From: a candidate division WWE3 bacterium
GTDB lineage: Bacteria; Patescibacteriota; WWE3; UBA101185; UBA10185
Assembly (NCBI GenBank): GCA_052035175.1
Contig: JBPOHV010000001.1
Span: 233,569 to 297,568 of the forward strand
Direction: 5' to 3'
DNA: 64,000 nt
Positions 49,002-58,298 of the stretch are shown piece after piece. A model generated the notes under the pieces. The model saw only the letters and a list, made by a program, of their open reading frames with translations. It searched no databases and had not been told where the DNA came from. The position numbers were made by a program, and so were the translations under genes. The first letter of the stretch is position 1; each line of letters begins with the position of its first letter.

Positions 49002-50531
49002 ATGTCAAATAAATACAGTACGAAAAATGCAAGTGCAACAGCCCTTGCTAAAGATGAGAAACCTTCTATTACAAGCAGACCTCCAATAGTCACTGTCATG
49101 GGTCATGTTGATCATGGCAAAACTAGTATCCTAGATGCAGTCAGAAAAACCTCTGTTCAAACTTCTGAATATGGCGGCATAACCCAACACATAGGTGCTT
49201 ATCAAGTCATACATAATTCAAAAAAGATTACGTTTATAGATACACCAGGTCACGAAGCTTTTGCTCAAATGCGTACACGTGGCGGTAAAGTTGCAGATAT
49301 AGTGGTTTTGGTAGTTTCTGCAACCGAAAGTGTAAAACCTCAAACAATAGAAGCTATTTCAATAATTAAAAATCTCAACCTCTCTGCGGTAGTGGCTATC
49401 AACAAAATAGATGCTCCAGAAGCAGATGTAAAAAAAGTAAAGCAAGAATTAGCAAATAACGATATTTTAGTCGAAGATTGGGGTGGAAATGTTGTTTGTG
49501 TCGAGGTTTCTGCAAAAACAGGAGAAAATATCGAGAAACTTCTCGACTCAATTTTGGCAGTTGCAGAGTTACTTCAACTCAAATATGAACCAACTTCCGA
49601 ACTCGAAGCTATTATTATTGAAGCGCGTTTAGACAAACAAAAAGGCGCTGTGGTTAGTTGTGTTGTAAAAAGCGGTACCTTATCGATTGGTGACAAAATA
49701 ATTGCCAGTGGAATAGAAGCCAAAGTTCGTATGCTTACAAATGACCAAAAGGTTTCAGTTTCTAGTGCATTCCCAGGTGATCCTGTTGAAATAATGGGTT
49801 TTAAAGATGTGCCTAATGTTGGAGATCTAGTTTTGCAAGAAGGTAGTGAGTTAGCCGAGCTTTCTATTTCAGACACAAAAACTGAAATTATAGGTCGTAA
49901 TGCAAAAAAGACAGTCGCGCTAGTTTTGAAGGCTGACACAAAGGGTACTCTTGAAGCGGTTAAAGCAAGTCTTGCAGCTTTGATAGGCTCGTCGGTAGGT
50001 TCGAGCTATGCTTTGAAGTTTATTCATTCTGCTACTGGGCCCATTACCGATTCTGATGTAATGCTTATTTATGGTTCTGGTGGCGGTATCGTGCTTGGTT
50101 TTAACGTGCAAATATTTCCTGGCGCTGCAGACTTGGCAGAATCTTTACACGTTTCTGTAAAATCTTATAAAGCTATTTATGAATTGGTAGATAATGCGCA
50201 AGAAATTTTGGAAGGTAGTGCTTTGTCTGCTGAGAAAAAGATAAAAGGTCGTGCAAAAGTTTTGAAGCTTTTCCCGTTGCCTTCTGGTGATGTGGTTTTG
50301 GGTTCTTTAATTGCAGCTGGGGTTATACGCGAGGGTCAACGTGTTGCTATATATGATAAAGATCCTGGTGAACTTACAAAAGACGATACCCCTTTGTTTA
50401 GAACAGAGATTATTAATATTAAAAAAGGAAAAGAAAGCGCCGAATCAGCCTCAAAAAGTGAAGAATGTGGCATTTTATTAAAGCCTGCTTATGCAGACAT
50501 CAAACCCGATATGTGGATCGAAGCCCTATAA
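49002..50531 (+). CDS. infB: translation initiation factor IF-2 (short form)
   Basis: RPPIVTVMGHVDHGKT, GGITQHIGAY, DTPGHEAF and NKID. Confidence 0.93.
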   Translation: MSNKYSTKNASATALAKDEKPSITSRPPIVTVMGHVDHGKTSILDAVRKTSVQTSEYGGITQHIGAYQVIHNSKKITFIDTPGHEAFAQMRTRGGKVADIVVLVVSATESVKPQTIEAISIIKNLNLSAVVAINKIDAPEADVKKVKQELANNDILVEDWGGNVVCVEVSAKTGENIEKLLDSILAVAELLQLKYEPTSELEAIIIEARLDKQKGAVVSCVVKSGTLSIGDKIIASGIEAKVRMLTNDQKVSVSSAFPGDPVEIMGFKDVPNVGDLVLQEGSELAELSISDTKTEIIGRNAKKTVALVLKADTKGTLEAVKASLAALIGSSVGSSYALKFIHSATGPITDSDVMLIYGSGGGIVLGFNVQIFPGAADLAESLHVSVKSYKAIYELVDNAQEILEGSALSAEKKIKGRAKVLKLFPLPSGDVVLGSLIAAGVIREGQRVAIYDKDPGELTKDDTPLFRTEIINIKKGKESAESASKSEECGILLKPAYADIKPDMWIEAL

Positions 50532-50585
50532 CAAAGACATGCAATTGACACTATAGGGTAATTCTGGTAGAATCCCTATGTTTTT

Positions 50586-51233
50586 ATGCAAAATTCTCAC
50601 ACTGAAACAAAAGTTAATATTGAGGCAATTATTGAATCAGCAGAAAATATTGCCGTAGTCCCAGCGCCAAAAAGAGGCGACGATGCTTTATTTGCGGCAA
50701 TTGGTCTGCATACAATGCTTTTGAATAAAGGCAAGGCGTCTTATTTGCTTTATAACGGTGAATTACCCGCAGATTGTACAAATATAGTCGATGACCTAAC
50801 AGTAAGACCGTTGGAGGCTACAAAAGACCTTTTGGTGTCTATAGACTACAAAGATATCGACGATGCTCAAGTTTACTTTAATACCGAAGACCATACATTG
50901 CATCTTCGCATAAGCCCAGTTTTGCATACATATAAGCCAGAAGAAAAAATCAAATACGAACTGTCGGGTTCTACCTATGACCTTGTAATATTTATTGGTG
51001 TAAGCGATCTAACCGAGCTAGAACTTCCTGTAGATGCCTTGGAAAGCTTTTTGAATGGTGTTGGACTTATAAATCTAGATAATAAGGCTGAAAATCAGTT
51101 ATATGGTACTTTAAACTACGTAGAGCCTACAGACTCTGGTTTGGCTTTATTAGTGCTTAGAAGATCTTTGGAATGGGGTTTAGACCTTAACGAAAACGCT
51201 GCAAAAAGCTTGCTTCACGGGTTGAGTCGCTAA
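50586..51233 (+). CDS. degenerate DHH/NrnA-like protein
   Basis: Located after infB; DHH-like strand pattern (IAVV..DD.., DLVIFIG, INLDNK) without the catalytic DHH. Confidence 0.5.
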   Translation: MQNSHTETKVNIEAIIESAENIAVVPAPKRGDDALFAAIGLHTMLLNKGKASYLLYNGELPADCTNIVDDLTVRPLEATKDLLVSIDYKDIDDAQVYFNTEDHTLHLRISPVLHTYKPEEKIKYELSGSTYDLVIFIGVSDLTELELPVDALESFLNGVGLINLDNKAENQLYGTLNYVEPTDSGLALLVLRRSLEWGLDLNENAAKSLLHGLSR

Positions 51234-51274
51234 AGTAATTATTGCTTTTATTACTTGCAAAGTAATTATTGCTT
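51232..51274. repeat. 16-bp direct repeat of an imperfect palindrome
   Basis: AAAGTAATTATTGCTT at 51232-51247 and 51259-51274. Confidence 0.8.
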
Positions 51275-51308
51275 ATTTTTGGCGCATTTGATAGTATTTG
51301 ACACGTAT

Positions 51309-51578
51309 ATGGCATTGCAAAAAGAGAACAAACAAAAAGTTATAAACAACACAAAGCTTCACGAAAGTGACACTGGTTCTCCAGAAGTTCAGATAGCTTT
51401 GTTGTCAGAACGCATTGCAAAGCTCTCAGATCACCTCAAAATCCATAAAGGAGACAATCATTCTAGAAGAGGTCTTTTGCAGATGGTAGGTAAGAGACGA
51501 AGGTTGCTTGCTTATCTTAAAAAGAAGAATGAAGAGCGTTATAACGTTCTCTTAGAAAAACTTGACCTTCAAAAATAA
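51309..51578 (+). CDS. rpsO: 30S ribosomal protein S15
   Basis: [12 protein letters not shown] and [19 protein letters not shown]. Confidence 0.97.
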   Translation: MALQKENKQKVINNTKLHESDTGSPEVQIALLSERIAKLSDHLKIHKGDNHSRRGLLQMVGKRRRLLAYLKKKNEERYNVLLEKLDLQK

Positions 51579-51590
51579 TTGTATAAATTT

Positions 51591-51687
51591 GTTTTGGGTA
51601 GTGTATAGGTTAGGAAGTGGAATATTGTGCAGATTATTTTAATCTACTTACTATTTCATCTCTTAACCCTCTAGAAATCCCAAAAAC
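51591..51687 (+). promoter_or_regulatory. long imperfect hairpin in the pnp leader
   Basis: TTTTGGG/CCCAAAA, GGTTAGG/CTTAACC and AGATTA/TAATCT nested pairings between rpsO and pnp. Confidence 0.6.
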
Positions 51688-51702
51688 GAAAGAAAGAAAA
51701 AA

Positions 51703-53916
51703 ATGGAAAAAATAATATCCAAAGAAATAGACTTCTTAGGTAAGAAGTTGTATTTAGAAACGGGCAAATTAGCCAATATGACAAATATTGCTGTCAAAGC
51801 ATCATATGGCGATACAGTAGTTTTGGTAACTGTGGTAGCTCAACCAGCATCAAACGAAACTGATTTCTTCCCGTTGACTATAAATTATGTAGAAAAATTG
51901 TATGCAAGTGGGACTGTAAAGTCTTCACGTTTTGTAAAAAGAGATGGCAGAGGTACAGACGAAGCAACTATAGCTGGTCGTGCCGTCGATCATGCCATTC
52001 GACCGCTATTTCCTAAAGACTATGTTGATGAAGTGCAAATAGTTGCAACAGTCATGTCTTTGGATGAAGATTGCGATCCTCAATTTTTAACAATGACTGC
52101 TGTTTCTGCTGCTTTGCAAGCTTCTGACTTACCATTTAAAGGCCCTATGATTACAGCCAGAGTTGGTTATACCAATGGCGGATATATACTTTGTCCGACA
52201 CGCAAACAACAACATACAGATAGTGATTTAGATATGTTGGTTTCGTTTGTTGGCGAAGATAAAAAATATTTAGCCATGGAAGTAGAAGCAAATATTTTAT
52301 CTGAAGAAAAAATATTGGGCGGCGTAGAATTTGCAAGAAACGGATTAGACGATGTTTATAATCTTATTCTAGATTTTGCAAAAGCAGTTAATCCAGAGAA
52401 TAAAAAATATACTTATTCACCAAGAGTTATTGACCCCGCTTTGCTAACCGAGTTAGATACACTTGTTGGTGCCTCAATCAAAGACTTGATGCATAAAGGT
52501 ACCGACAAAAACATGCTTACAGTAGAATTTGATAAAGTTTTGTCTGATGCCGTTATAGCTTTGGATGGAAAATATAAAAAATCCGAAGTTTCTATGGCGT
52601 TTGATGAACTCAAAAAGAAACAAATGCAAAAAATGATTTTGGAAGAAAAGAAGCGCGCTGATGGTCGCGGTATTACAGATGTAAGACCAATAATGACTGA
52701 AGTAGGGCTTTTACCAAGAGTTCACGGTTCTGCGCTGTTTAGTAGAGGTATTACTCAAGATTTAACTATTGTAACTTTGGCTTCTCCCTCACAAGAATTG
52801 CTTTTGCAAGACATGTACGGTGAAAGATCAAAGCGTTATATGCATTATTACAACTTTCCTCCATATGCTTCTGGTGAAGCTGGTCGTATGGGTGGATTTC
52901 CTAAAAATCGAGAAATTGGTCATGGCATGATTGGTGAAAATGCGTTGAGACCTGTTATACCTTCTCAAGATGACTTCCCATACACAATTCTGGTTACATC
53001 CGAGATTTTGTCGTCTAGTGGTTCTACATCGATGGCTGCAACTTGTGGATCATCTTTGGCCTTAATGGACGCCGGTGTACCTATTAAAGATTTGGTAGGT
53101 GGTGTTGGTGTTGGTTTGATAGCCAATGATGATTTTAGCGATTACCTCATACTTACAGATTTGGCTTATATGGAAGACGCATTTGGGTTTATGGACTTCA
53201 AAATGACTGGTACTCGCACTGGTGTTACAGCAATTCAATGCGATATGAAATTGCCAGGTATACCAATGTCTTTATTACCAAAGATTTTTGAACAATCAAA
53301 AGACTCACGTATGAAAGTATTAGATGAAATGGAGAAATCTATTTCTTCACCAAGAGCAGAGCTCTCAAAATATGCTCCAAAGATGATGAGTGTGATGATC
53401 GATCCAGATAAAATTGGTATGGTAATAGGCTCTGGTGGTAAGACAATCAAAGAGTTACAAGAAAAGACTAATACAGAAATATTTATCGAAGAAATTGGTA
53501 GAGTTACAGTATCTGGTAAAAGTTCAGATGAAGTACAAGCTGCAATCGACATTATTTCTGGAATGACAAAAGATGTGAAACCGGGAGAAATCTATGATGG
53601 TACGGTTACAGGTTTGTTAGACTTTGGTGCTTTGGTAGAAATACTTCCAGGAAAAGTAGGACTTTTGCATATTAGCGAAATTACTAACCAATATGTAAGT
53701 TCTGTACAAGACTATTTCACTGTTGGTCAAGCTGTAAAAGTACGAGTACTCGAAGCAGGTCACGACGGTAAAATAAGCTTATCTTCAAAAGAATTTGTCG
53801 AAGCAAAAGAAGCAGATCCAAATGCTGCACCAAGACCTCAATCTGATAGACCTCAAAGATCTGATCGTAGACCAAGTGGTGACGGCAGAAGGCATGAGTT
53901 TAGGCGCAATAGGTAG
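51703..53916 (+). CDS. pnp: polynucleotide phosphorylase
   Basis: Two RNase PH domains (RADGR, HGSALF, SSGSTSMA, MDFK), KH and S1. Confidence 0.96.
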   Translation: MEKIISKEIDFLGKKLYLETGKLANMTNIAVKASYGDTVVLVTVVAQPASNETDFFPLTINYVEKLYASGTVKSSRFVKRDGRGTDEATIAGRAVDHAIRPLFPKDYVDEVQIVATVMSLDEDCDPQFLTMTAVSAALQASDLPFKGPMITARVGYTNGGYILCPTRKQQHTDSDLDMLVSFVGEDKKYLAMEVEANILSEEKILGGVEFARNGLDDVYNLILDFAKAVNPENKKYTYSPRVIDPALLTELDTLVGASIKDLMHKGTDKNMLTVEFDKVLSDAVIALDGKYKKSEVSMAFDELKKKQMQKMILEEKKRADGRGITDVRPIMTEVGLLPRVHGSALFSRGITQDLTIVTLASPSQELLLQDMYGERSKRYMHYYNFPPYASGEAGRMGGFPKNREIGHGMIGENALRPVIPSQDDFPYTILVTSEILSSSGSTSMAATCGSSLALMDAGVPIKDLVGGVGVGLIANDDFSDYLILTDLAYMEDAFGFMDFKMTGTRTGVTAIQCDMKLPGIPMSLLPKIFEQSKDSRMKVLDEMEKSISSPRAELSKYAPKMMSVMIDPDKIGMVIGSGGKTIKELQEKTNTEIFIEEIGRVTVSGKSSDEVQAAIDIISGMTKDVKPGEIYDGTVTGLLDFGALVEILPGKVGLLHISEITNQYVSSVQDYFTVGQAVKVRVLEAGHDGKISLSSKEFVEAKEADPNAAPRPQSDRPQRSDRRPSGDGRRHEFRRNR

Positions 53917-53937
53917 TTGCTGGTATATAATTTTGTT

Positions 53938-54849
53938 ATGTCTGTATTAAGCTGCCCAGCGTGTGGTTCGTATATAAAGTCGTATGAAAAGTATTTTTGT
54001 ACTACTTGTGGTAAACGACTTGCATACAACTCTACTATAGAAACAAAATCGGTACCCTTGCCTATTAATAAAATACCTATTGGAGAAACAACACACACAG
54101 ATAGCTTGGTTGTTAGTAGTGGTAATCATTTTTTTAAAAAGCTGTACCTTGCTTATATACTGATATTTATAGTTTTGTTAGGGTTGATTTCTTTGTTTTA
54201 TACAGCTGATATATCAAAATATTTAAAGTTTTTTAAGCAGCTAGATAAAGCTGAGAATCAGTCATTAACCATTTCACAGCCTAATGCGCATGTTGTAACA
54301 ACGACGCTTGATTTGACAGCAAAGAAACTATCTCGCGATGGTATTTCTAAATATGCACCTTTTGAGTCTGTGTTATATTTTGAAGCTTATGATGCAAGAA
54401 AAATTTTTGATTTATATTTGAGTTCAAAAGCTCCTAAGTATTCAAAAGATATAAGTAATTTATATCCGCTTGCTGGGGATGCATTGGCTTTTTTTGTTGC
54501 TGATAACTATTGGGTGTTACTTGTAGAAAAGAATGATACAGTTTCTGAGGTAACATTTAAATCTCAAGAAGGTTTGGCTTTTGGAGTTGTGGATAATTAC
54601 TATTACTTATCAGACAGTGAAGACGCGTATAAAAACATTGTTTTTTCAAAAGAAAAAATAGCAAAAAACTTTGGAATGACGCCACATTTTGTAACTCAAA
54701 GCGTATCTTTGGGAGAAACAAAAATAAAAGCTTTTGTGTATGCTAAAGACAATGAGTATTTAAATCAGTTGGGTTTGATAGGCTTTAGCAATAAAGAAGT
54801 TTTGGATAAAATAACAAGTATTAATTTATCTTATTTTGCAGTACTGTAG
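53938..54849 (+). CDS. zinc-ribbon membrane protein
   Basis: CPACG...FCTTCG followed by a TM segment. Confidence 0.7.
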   Translation: MSVLSCPACGSYIKSYEKYFCTTCGKRLAYNSTIETKSVPLPINKIPIGETTHTDSLVVSSGNHFFKKLYLAYILIFIVLLGLISLFYTADISKYLKFFKQLDKAENQSLTISQPNAHVVTTTLDLTAKKLSRDGISKYAPFESVLYFEAYDARKIFDLYLSSKAPKYSKDISNLYPLAGDALAFFVADNYWVLLVEKNDTVSEVTFKSQEGLAFGVVDNYYYLSDSEDAYKNIVFSKEKIAKNFGMTPHFVTQSVSLGETKIKAFVYAKDNEYLNQLGLIGFSNKEVLDKITSINLSYFAVL

Positions 54850-54858
54850 AGTATACAT

Positions 54859-55923
54859 ATGGATCAAACATCAAATTATGCATTTGAAGAATTAAATAAA
54901 CTTAACGCATTAATTCAATCTACTGAAGGTATGCCAGAAGATTTGAAAGTACGCGTAGTACAGATGTTGCAGCGCTTAGAGCGCATGGCTAATCTTGGGC
55001 ATTATGCTTCTGAATTTGATACGCTCGCTCGTTATATAGAAACAATCTCAGATTTACCTTGGAACAAACGTACAAACGATATACTCGATCTTGAAAATGC
55101 CAAGAAAATATTAAACAAAAACCATTACGGTATGCAGTATGTAAAAGATAGAATTTTAGAATATTTATCTGCACTTATTTTGCTTAAATCACGAGGTAAA
55201 AATGCAGAAGCACGGGCACCTATAGTTCTTTTAGTAGGTTTGCAAGGCGTTGGTAAAACAACTCTCGCTTACTCAATAGCTGAAGCATTAGGTCGACAAT
55301 TTGTCAGAATTTCGATGGGAGGTATCGGATCTACTTTGGAACTGCGCGGAAAAAGTAAAGCTTTTGAAGAAGCAGAGCCTGGTCAAGTTATAAAAGCTTT
55401 GATCAAGACTGGAGTTATGAATCCTGTTATTTTGTTGGATGAAATAGAAAAAGCCAGCGGTGAAAAAGGTTTGCGTTCGGATATTATGGCTGTTTTGTTG
55501 GAAATACTGGATCCTACTCAAAATGTAGAATTTCGAGATCATTATGTAGATTACCCTGTGAATTTGGGGGAAGTTCTTTTTGTTTGCTCTGCCAATAATA
55601 CAGGAACAATCAGCGCAGCTTTGATGGACAGAATGGAACTTATTAAAATGCCTTCTTACACTGACGAAGAAAAAATGGTTATAGCACGAGATTATCTTAT
55701 GCCTAAAATACTAGAAAAATCTGGTTTGACACCAGAAGAGTTGATCATTTCTCCCGAGCTTTGGCCAGGAGTTGTACGTCCGTTTGGATTTGACTCTGGT
55801 ATTCGAAGTCTAGGACGAACTTTGGAATCTGTAACACGAAAGGTTGCAAAAGAAATCGTTGAAGGTAAAACCAAATCTGTGACGCTAACAGCTCAAAATC
55901 TCAAAAATTATTTACCACAATGA
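54859..55923 (+). CDS. Lon-type AAA+ ATPase lacking the protease domain
   Basis: HYGM..VKDRILEY, GLQGVGKTT and ILLDEIEK; ends after the AAA helical lid. Confidence 0.85.
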   Translation: MDQTSNYAFEELNKLNALIQSTEGMPEDLKVRVVQMLQRLERMANLGHYASEFDTLARYIETISDLPWNKRTNDILDLENAKKILNKNHYGMQYVKDRILEYLSALILLKSRGKNAEARAPIVLLVGLQGVGKTTLAYSIAEALGRQFVRISMGGIGSTLELRGKSKAFEEAEPGQVIKALIKTGVMNPVILLDEIEKASGEKGLRSDIMAVLLEILDPTQNVEFRDHYVDYPVNLGEVLFVCSANNTGTISAALMDRMELIKMPSYTDEEKMVIARDYLMPKILEKSGLTPEELIISPELWPGVVRPFGFDSGIRSLGRTLESVTRKVAKEIVEGKTKSVTLTAQNLKNYLPQ

Positions 55924-56579
55924 CAAAAGAAGAACGTATGCAGAAAATAGAAGAAGATATAAAAAGATGCAGAAAGTGCAGACTTTGTGAATTGGCGCAT
56001 AATGCTGTACCTGGTGAAGGTAATATAAATACCGAAATTGTCTTTGTTGGTGAGGCTCCGGGTGAAAAGGAAGATTTACAAGGTCGTCCATTTATTGGTA
56101 GAGCAGGTAAACTTTTGGATCAAATGTTGTCTAATTTAAATATTGAACGTAAAGATATTTGGATTGGAAATATAATAAAGCATCGTCCGCCTGAAAATAG
56201 AGATCCTTTACCAGACGAGATTGCTACTTGTTCTCCATATTTAACATCTCAACTAGATATAATAAATCCAAAGCTTGTTGTAACTCTGGGAAGATTTGCT
56301 ATGAATTATTTCTATCCACAGGGTAAAATATCATTAGATCATGGAAGATTGATAAGTTTGGATAAATACAAGTTGTTTCCGATGTATCATCCTGCAGCTG
56401 CGTTGAGAAATCCAACGATGGCAAAATCATTCAAAGAAGATTTTTCGACTTTACCTACGGTTTTGCAAAAAGTCAAAAGTGATTTAGGTAAGGCTGATAC
56501 GACAAATAAAAGTAATAATTTAGTAACTCATAGTAAGAGTTTTACACATGATGAAAATCAGTTAGGTTTATTCAAATGA
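55920..56579 (+). CDS. uracil-DNA glycosylase family 4
   Basis: CxxC..C Fe-S ligands, GEAPG, PFIGRAG, RPPENR and HPAAAL. Confidence 0.93.
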   Translation: MTKEERMQKIEEDIKRCRKCRLCELAHNAVPGEGNINTEIVFVGEAPGEKEDLQGRPFIGRAGKLLDQMLSNLNIERKDIWIGNIIKHRPPENRDPLPDEIATCSPYLTSQLDIINPKLVVTLGRFAMNYFYPQGKISLDHGRLISLDKYKLFPMYHPAAALRNPTMAKSFKEDFSTLPTVLQKVKSDLGKADTTNKSNNLVTHSKSFTHDENQLGLFK

Positions 56580-58297
56580 TAAGACAGTTAAAAACATTGA
56601 GTACAGTGAAAGAAAAAGATATGACCGAAAAAGGGTTGAAAATAATATGTTTAAGCGATGAAGGCGCAAATAAAAATTTGATGATATACGAAACGCCAAA
56701 TGACATGATAGCAGTAGATTGTGGTGTGGCGTTTCCGGACGATAGTCAATTTGGTATAGATTTAGTTTTACCAGATATTAGTTATCTGGTTGAAAAGAAA
56801 TATAAATTGCGTGCGTTTTTGATTACGCATGGCCACGATGACCATTTTGCAGCATTGCCATTTTATATGGATCAATTTAAAGATGTTCCAGTTTATGCAA
56901 GTGGAATAGTTACCGCATTTGTGAGATTGATAATGGATGATGTAAAAGGTGAGGGTTTTATGGACGAATTAGATTTTCGTTTATTAACCGCTGGTGACAA
57001 GAATATTACTTTTGGAGACTTCAAATTAGATGTTTTTAGCATAAACCATTCTGTACCAGATTCATTGGGATTTGCTTTGCATACGCCAGAAGGGCTTATT
57101 GTGCATATAGCAGATTATAAAGTAGATATGACACCAGTTTTGGATAAACCTTTTGACCTAGCAGCTTTAGAAGGCTACGCAAAAGAAGGTATATTGTGTT
57201 TGGTCTCTGATTGTTTGGGTGCAGATTTACCAGGTAAAGTCCCATCAGAGAGTTCTTTGAATGAGACTTTCCCAGAAATCTTCAAGCAATTTGTCGGCAG
57301 GCAGATATTTATTACAACAATATCGTCAAATATTTCTAGAATGCGCCAGATTATAGATGCAGCAATAGCTGCCAATCGTAAAGTAGTACTTTTGGGAAGA
57401 TCTATCATCAACAAAGGCGGAGTTTGTAGAAAACTTGGGTATTTACCAGATGACGATACTCTTTATATTGATCGAAAAAATGCATCTAAGTATGCACAAG
57501 ACTCATTAGTTTATATAGTTGGAGGTTGTTTTGGCCAAGTGGGTTCGTCTTTAGACAGAATAGCAAAAAACGAATTGCGTGACACACAAGCAGATGATAA
57601 TGCAGTTATAGTCTTTTCTGCTGAGCCAGCACCGCCAGGTACTGATGTAGCTGTACAAAATATATTACATTCTTTTGCGATGCGTGATCTCACGCTTTTG
57701 TATCCTTCGATGGGGTTACATTTGCATGTATCAGGTCATGGCCATCACGATGATCTGAAACAAATTGCTCAACTTGCAAAACCAAAATATTTTATTCCAA
57801 TAGGCGGTATGGCACACAAAGAGCAAGCTTTCAGAAATATGACCATGGAACTTGGATATAAAAAAGATGCTACTCTAGATATGCACGAAGGTGAATCGCT
57901 TATATTTATGAATGGTGTTGCAAAAAAAGGCGAGACGATTCCTGTAAAAGAAATATATGTTGAAAACCGTGCGATTAGTGCCAATGGCAACATTGTTGTA
58001 CAAGATAGGCAGGCTTTATCTACAGACGGTATATTCATAGTTATTTTGCCAGTTTCACGTAAAGGTGAATTGTATGCAGACAAAATAGAAGTAGTTACTC
58101 GAGGCGTTGTTTATGTCAAAGAATCACAAGATTTATTGAACCAAGCTAAGAATATAATTAAAAAGACAATAGGTAAAAATGTACAAAAAAATAATTTGGG
58201 CACTATAAAGAAAAAGATTGAACAAGACATGGAAAGATTTTTTTATAATAAATCAAAAGTTAACCCGGTTATTATTGTACATACAATAACTATTTAA
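56576..58297 (+). CDS. rnj: ribonuclease J
   Basis: THGHDDH, NHSVPD, HVSGH and the DR..LSTDG C-terminus. Confidence 0.9.
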   Translation: MIRQLKTLSTVKEKDMTEKGLKIICLSDEGANKNLMIYETPNDMIAVDCGVAFPDDSQFGIDLVLPDISYLVEKKYKLRAFLITHGHDDHFAALPFYMDQFKDVPVYASGIVTAFVRLIMDDVKGEGFMDELDFRLLTAGDKNITFGDFKLDVFSINHSVPDSLGFALHTPEGLIVHIADYKVDMTPVLDKPFDLAALEGYAKEGILCLVSDCLGADLPGKVPSESSLNETFPEIFKQFVGRQIFITTISSNISRMRQIIDAAIAANRKVVLLGRSIINKGGVCRKLGYLPDDDTLYIDRKNASKYAQDSLVYIVGGCFGQVGSSLDRIAKNELRDTQADDNAVIVFSAEPAPPGTDVAVQNILHSFAMRDLTLLYPSMGLHLHVSGHGHHDDLKQIAQLAKPKYFIPIGGMAHKEQAFRNMTMELGYKKDATLDMHEGESLIFMNGVAKKGETIPVKEIYVENRAISANGNIVVQDRQALSTDGIFIVILPVSRKGELYADKIEVVTRGVVYVKESQDLLNQAKNIIKKTIGKNVQKNNLGTIKKKIEQDMERFFYNKSKVNPVIIVHTITI

Positions 58298-58298
58298 T

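Noticed and set aside
48808-49089. 93-aa ORF bridging nusA and infB
   Set aside because: Overlaps both genes and shows no YlxR-like motif.
53830-53880. Short repeats at the end of pnp
   Set aside because: They encode a low-complexity RPQSD tail, ordinary for PNPase.
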